In this document: positions 45,409 through 47,500 of the stretch, piece by piece
Layout: every line of letters starts with the position of its first letter
Position numbering within the stretch: position 1 is the stretch's first letter
Origin: Octopus bimaculoides
Taxonomy: Eukaryota
Assembly: GCF_001194135.2 (NCBI RefSeq)
Contig: NC_068989.1
Coordinates: 23,289,881-23,337,380, forward strand
Length of the DNA stretch: 47,500 bases
Direction of reading: 5' to 3'
The notes under the pieces: generated by a model
The model's input: the letters and a program-made list of their open reading frames with translations, nothing else
What the model was told of the DNA's origin: nothing
Database searches by the model: none
Program-made: the position numbers and the translations under genes

Positions 45409-45472
45409 TCCACTTCATTCATCTACAATGTCAGGGAGAGTCCACTTCATTCATCTACAATGTCAGGGAGAG
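45409..45472. repeat. Perfect 32-bp tandem duplication
   Basis: tccacttcattcatctacaatgtcagggagag x2. Confidence 0.95.
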
Positions 45473-45569
45473 TATGATCGACCATTTTAGTCTGGGTCTT
45501 GCTTACTGCTTCACTGGAAATCCCTCCTCTGCAGAGCAGCTCAATAGCTAGGCTGCAGTAAAGGTCCTT

Positions 45570-45930
45570 GTCCAACCTATAAGGCAGACTCAAGTTTTAT
45601 GCAAAATTCTATTACTTGATGAGAAGTTTTATATTGCAAAGATTTTATATCATACAGAAAGCCAAAAATGGAATTTACTTGTTCCAGTTGTTCAAAGCAT
45701 TCTGAAACTGAGTTAATCGATGTAACTAGTATTGCAAAATAAAAATTTATTTTGTAACTTTGTTTACTATCCACAGAAGATGAACATGATCTTTCTTCAC
45801 TAGTAAATATTTTGTATAACTTATTCTACTTGTACATATCTGAGACCTCAAGTAAAAAGACATATCTCTGATATCTTCCTTTCCAGCCTTTTGAACGGAG
45901 CCGTTATTTAGGTAGTTCTGCCATGCTAGG
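45570..45930 (-). mobile_element. hAT transposase C-terminal fragment
   Basis: YKINFYFAILVTSINSVSECFEQLEQVNSIFGFLYDI..L...C.KLE.AL. Confidence 0.65.
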
Positions 45931-45964
45931 CCACAGCACATCTAAAATATTAGATGTGCTGTGA

Positions 45965-46480
45965 TGGTGGAGGTGGTGTCTGTGAGAGTGGAAGTGTTTG
46001 TGGTATGAGAGGTGTGTCTGCGAATAATATAAGTGTTTCAGAAAAAGCTTTTTTTGCTCTGTCAATAGAGATACTCTTTTTTACCGTTAATGTCTAATGT
46101 AAACAGTTTAGGTGTACTCTTAAGAACATGATGGGGACCTGAGTAAGGCAGTGTGAGTGGTCCTTTGATGGAATCATTCTGTATGAATACATAAGTCCAT
46201 GTAGAAATGTTCGGAGGGACTGCAGAAGACAAAGACTTGTTGCGTGGAAGCATTGGTGGTAGGTCAGCGAAGAATGACCTGAGTTGTGTAATGTATGATG
46301 CAAGATCAGTGTTTGGTATGTCGGCAAGTGTCAACATTTGGTCAGGTAGCGCCAAAGTGGTGCCATACAAAAGTTCAGCAGAGGAGTAGCCTAGATCCTC
46401 CTTTACAGCTGATTGGCAACCCAGCAGGACAATGGAAAGAAATTCAGACCAGTGTTGAGGGTTGGGAGCGGCACAAATTG
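45965..46480 (-). mobile_element. Gypsy integrase C-terminal fragment
   Basis: WSEFLSIVLLG..SAVKEDLGYSSAELLYGTTL.LP...YVFIQNDSIKGPLTLPYSGPHHVL...K.FTLDING. Confidence 0.85.
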
Positions 46481-46769
46481 TGGAGTTAAATTTTCGTTAC
46501 TGACTAACTTAGTAAATTGTCAAATTTCTCAACTGCATCCTTGTCAGCTGATCACTTTTATCACATGGCATGAAACTGTAACCCATGTGGATCCTTGAAA
46601 TTCCACAGCCTTCACTATGATTGCACTTATATTCCAGTCTGAGTTCTTTATGGGATGTTTTTGCTTGTTCTTCATAAAGGTATAATAAAAAACGAAGAAG
46701 AAAGAAAACCAAACTGTTTAGAAATGACATGAGTGTGTTTATGCAGCAAGTAGCGCTGACAAATTGTAG

Positions 46770-47384
46770 CTAATGGTTGGTGCAGTGACCCCGGGAATTT
46801 GAATTTCCACTTGAAATTAGTGCTGAAGGGTTTCCCGAGAATTCAAGGACTCTATCGGCCATTGTGGTCACTTGGTCCACAGTGTTGGACTCAAATGCCG
46901 TCGCTAGAATTGTTTGTACGTGCGACGGTAGGCGAGAAAAGAAAATCTTGCGGAGAAGTGGAGCATCTGTTGACTCTCTGCTCAGATCTCGCAAATGGCG
47001 CAGAAATTCTGTGGGGGTCCTGTTCCCGAGCTGCTCGTCTGCCATCAGCTCATTGAATCGGCTGGTGGCAGACCTGGTGGTCCTGCGTAGGATCTCGTAT
47101 TTCACCTCGTCATATGTGGCGTCGTCTTTTAGAGATGTGATTAGGTCTTTAGACACTTTTGCAAGCGATGGAGGTAGATTGCAATAAAGCAACTTTAATC
47201 TCTTGGACAACGAGATGTCGTAGACCTGGAAATACGCCTCCAATTGAGCGAAATAGACATCGGTATCACCGATGAATGTGGGTAAACCATGCGACATGTC
47301 TACTGGGATGACTCTGTCAAGGTAGGAAAAGGGAATGGAGAGAACCAATGAAAACGAAGTCGTATGAAATATGTGAGAGGCCAA
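46770..47384 (-). mobile_element. Gypsy gag ORF (204 aa, open); the element probably continues past the window end
   Basis: LPTFIGDTDVYFAQLEAYF...YDEVKYEILRRT...RFNELMADEQLGNRTPTEFLRHLRDL...LRKIFFSRLPSHVQTIL. Confidence 0.85.
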
Positions 47385-47500
47385 AAAGAAAATTCACCGC
47401 TTAAAGAAAAGACAATATTTTCCGTGTTCTTGTTTTGTGTTTTGTAAGTTACAGTGTGCACAAGAGAGAGAAAAAAGAATTTTGTAAAAACAATTTTGTT

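Noticed and set aside
46778-46795. tRNA-His-like PBS (tggtgcagtgacc) on the plus strand
   Set aside because: No adjacent LTR or downstream plus-strand gag was found, and the match is short.

Overview
AT-rich animal genomic DNA with two assembly gaps (21140-21470, 24050-24946). The SINE, MITE and microsatellite families look like those of octopod cephalopods (inference; no search run). One host gene is complete: an 8-exon HUS1 (9-1-1 checkpoint clamp subunit, 285 aa, + strand, 11595-39982). A tRNA-Arg(CCG) gene lies head-to-head about 565 bp upstream of it. The rest is mostly repeats: tRNA-derived SINEs, RTE and Tx1-like LINEs, Tigger/pogo, piggyBac, hAT and mariner-type MITEs, Gypsy LTR elements and Penelope-like elements (PLEs). 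The most notable observations are three. (1) Downstream of HUS1 (about 41-47.5 kb) is a SINE-free patchwork of fragments that all code on the minus strand: piggyBac, an endogenous parvovirus NS1 (HUH plus SF3 helicase) and a capsid-like ORF, Merlin/IS1595, PLE, hAT and Gypsy. This resembles a uni-strand piRNA-cluster or virus trap, or a template-switched chimera. (2) Two structurally intact minimal type I hammerhead ribozymes occur at 10313-10358 (+) and 21580-21637 (-). (3) Several fold-back structures lie in HUS1 introns.
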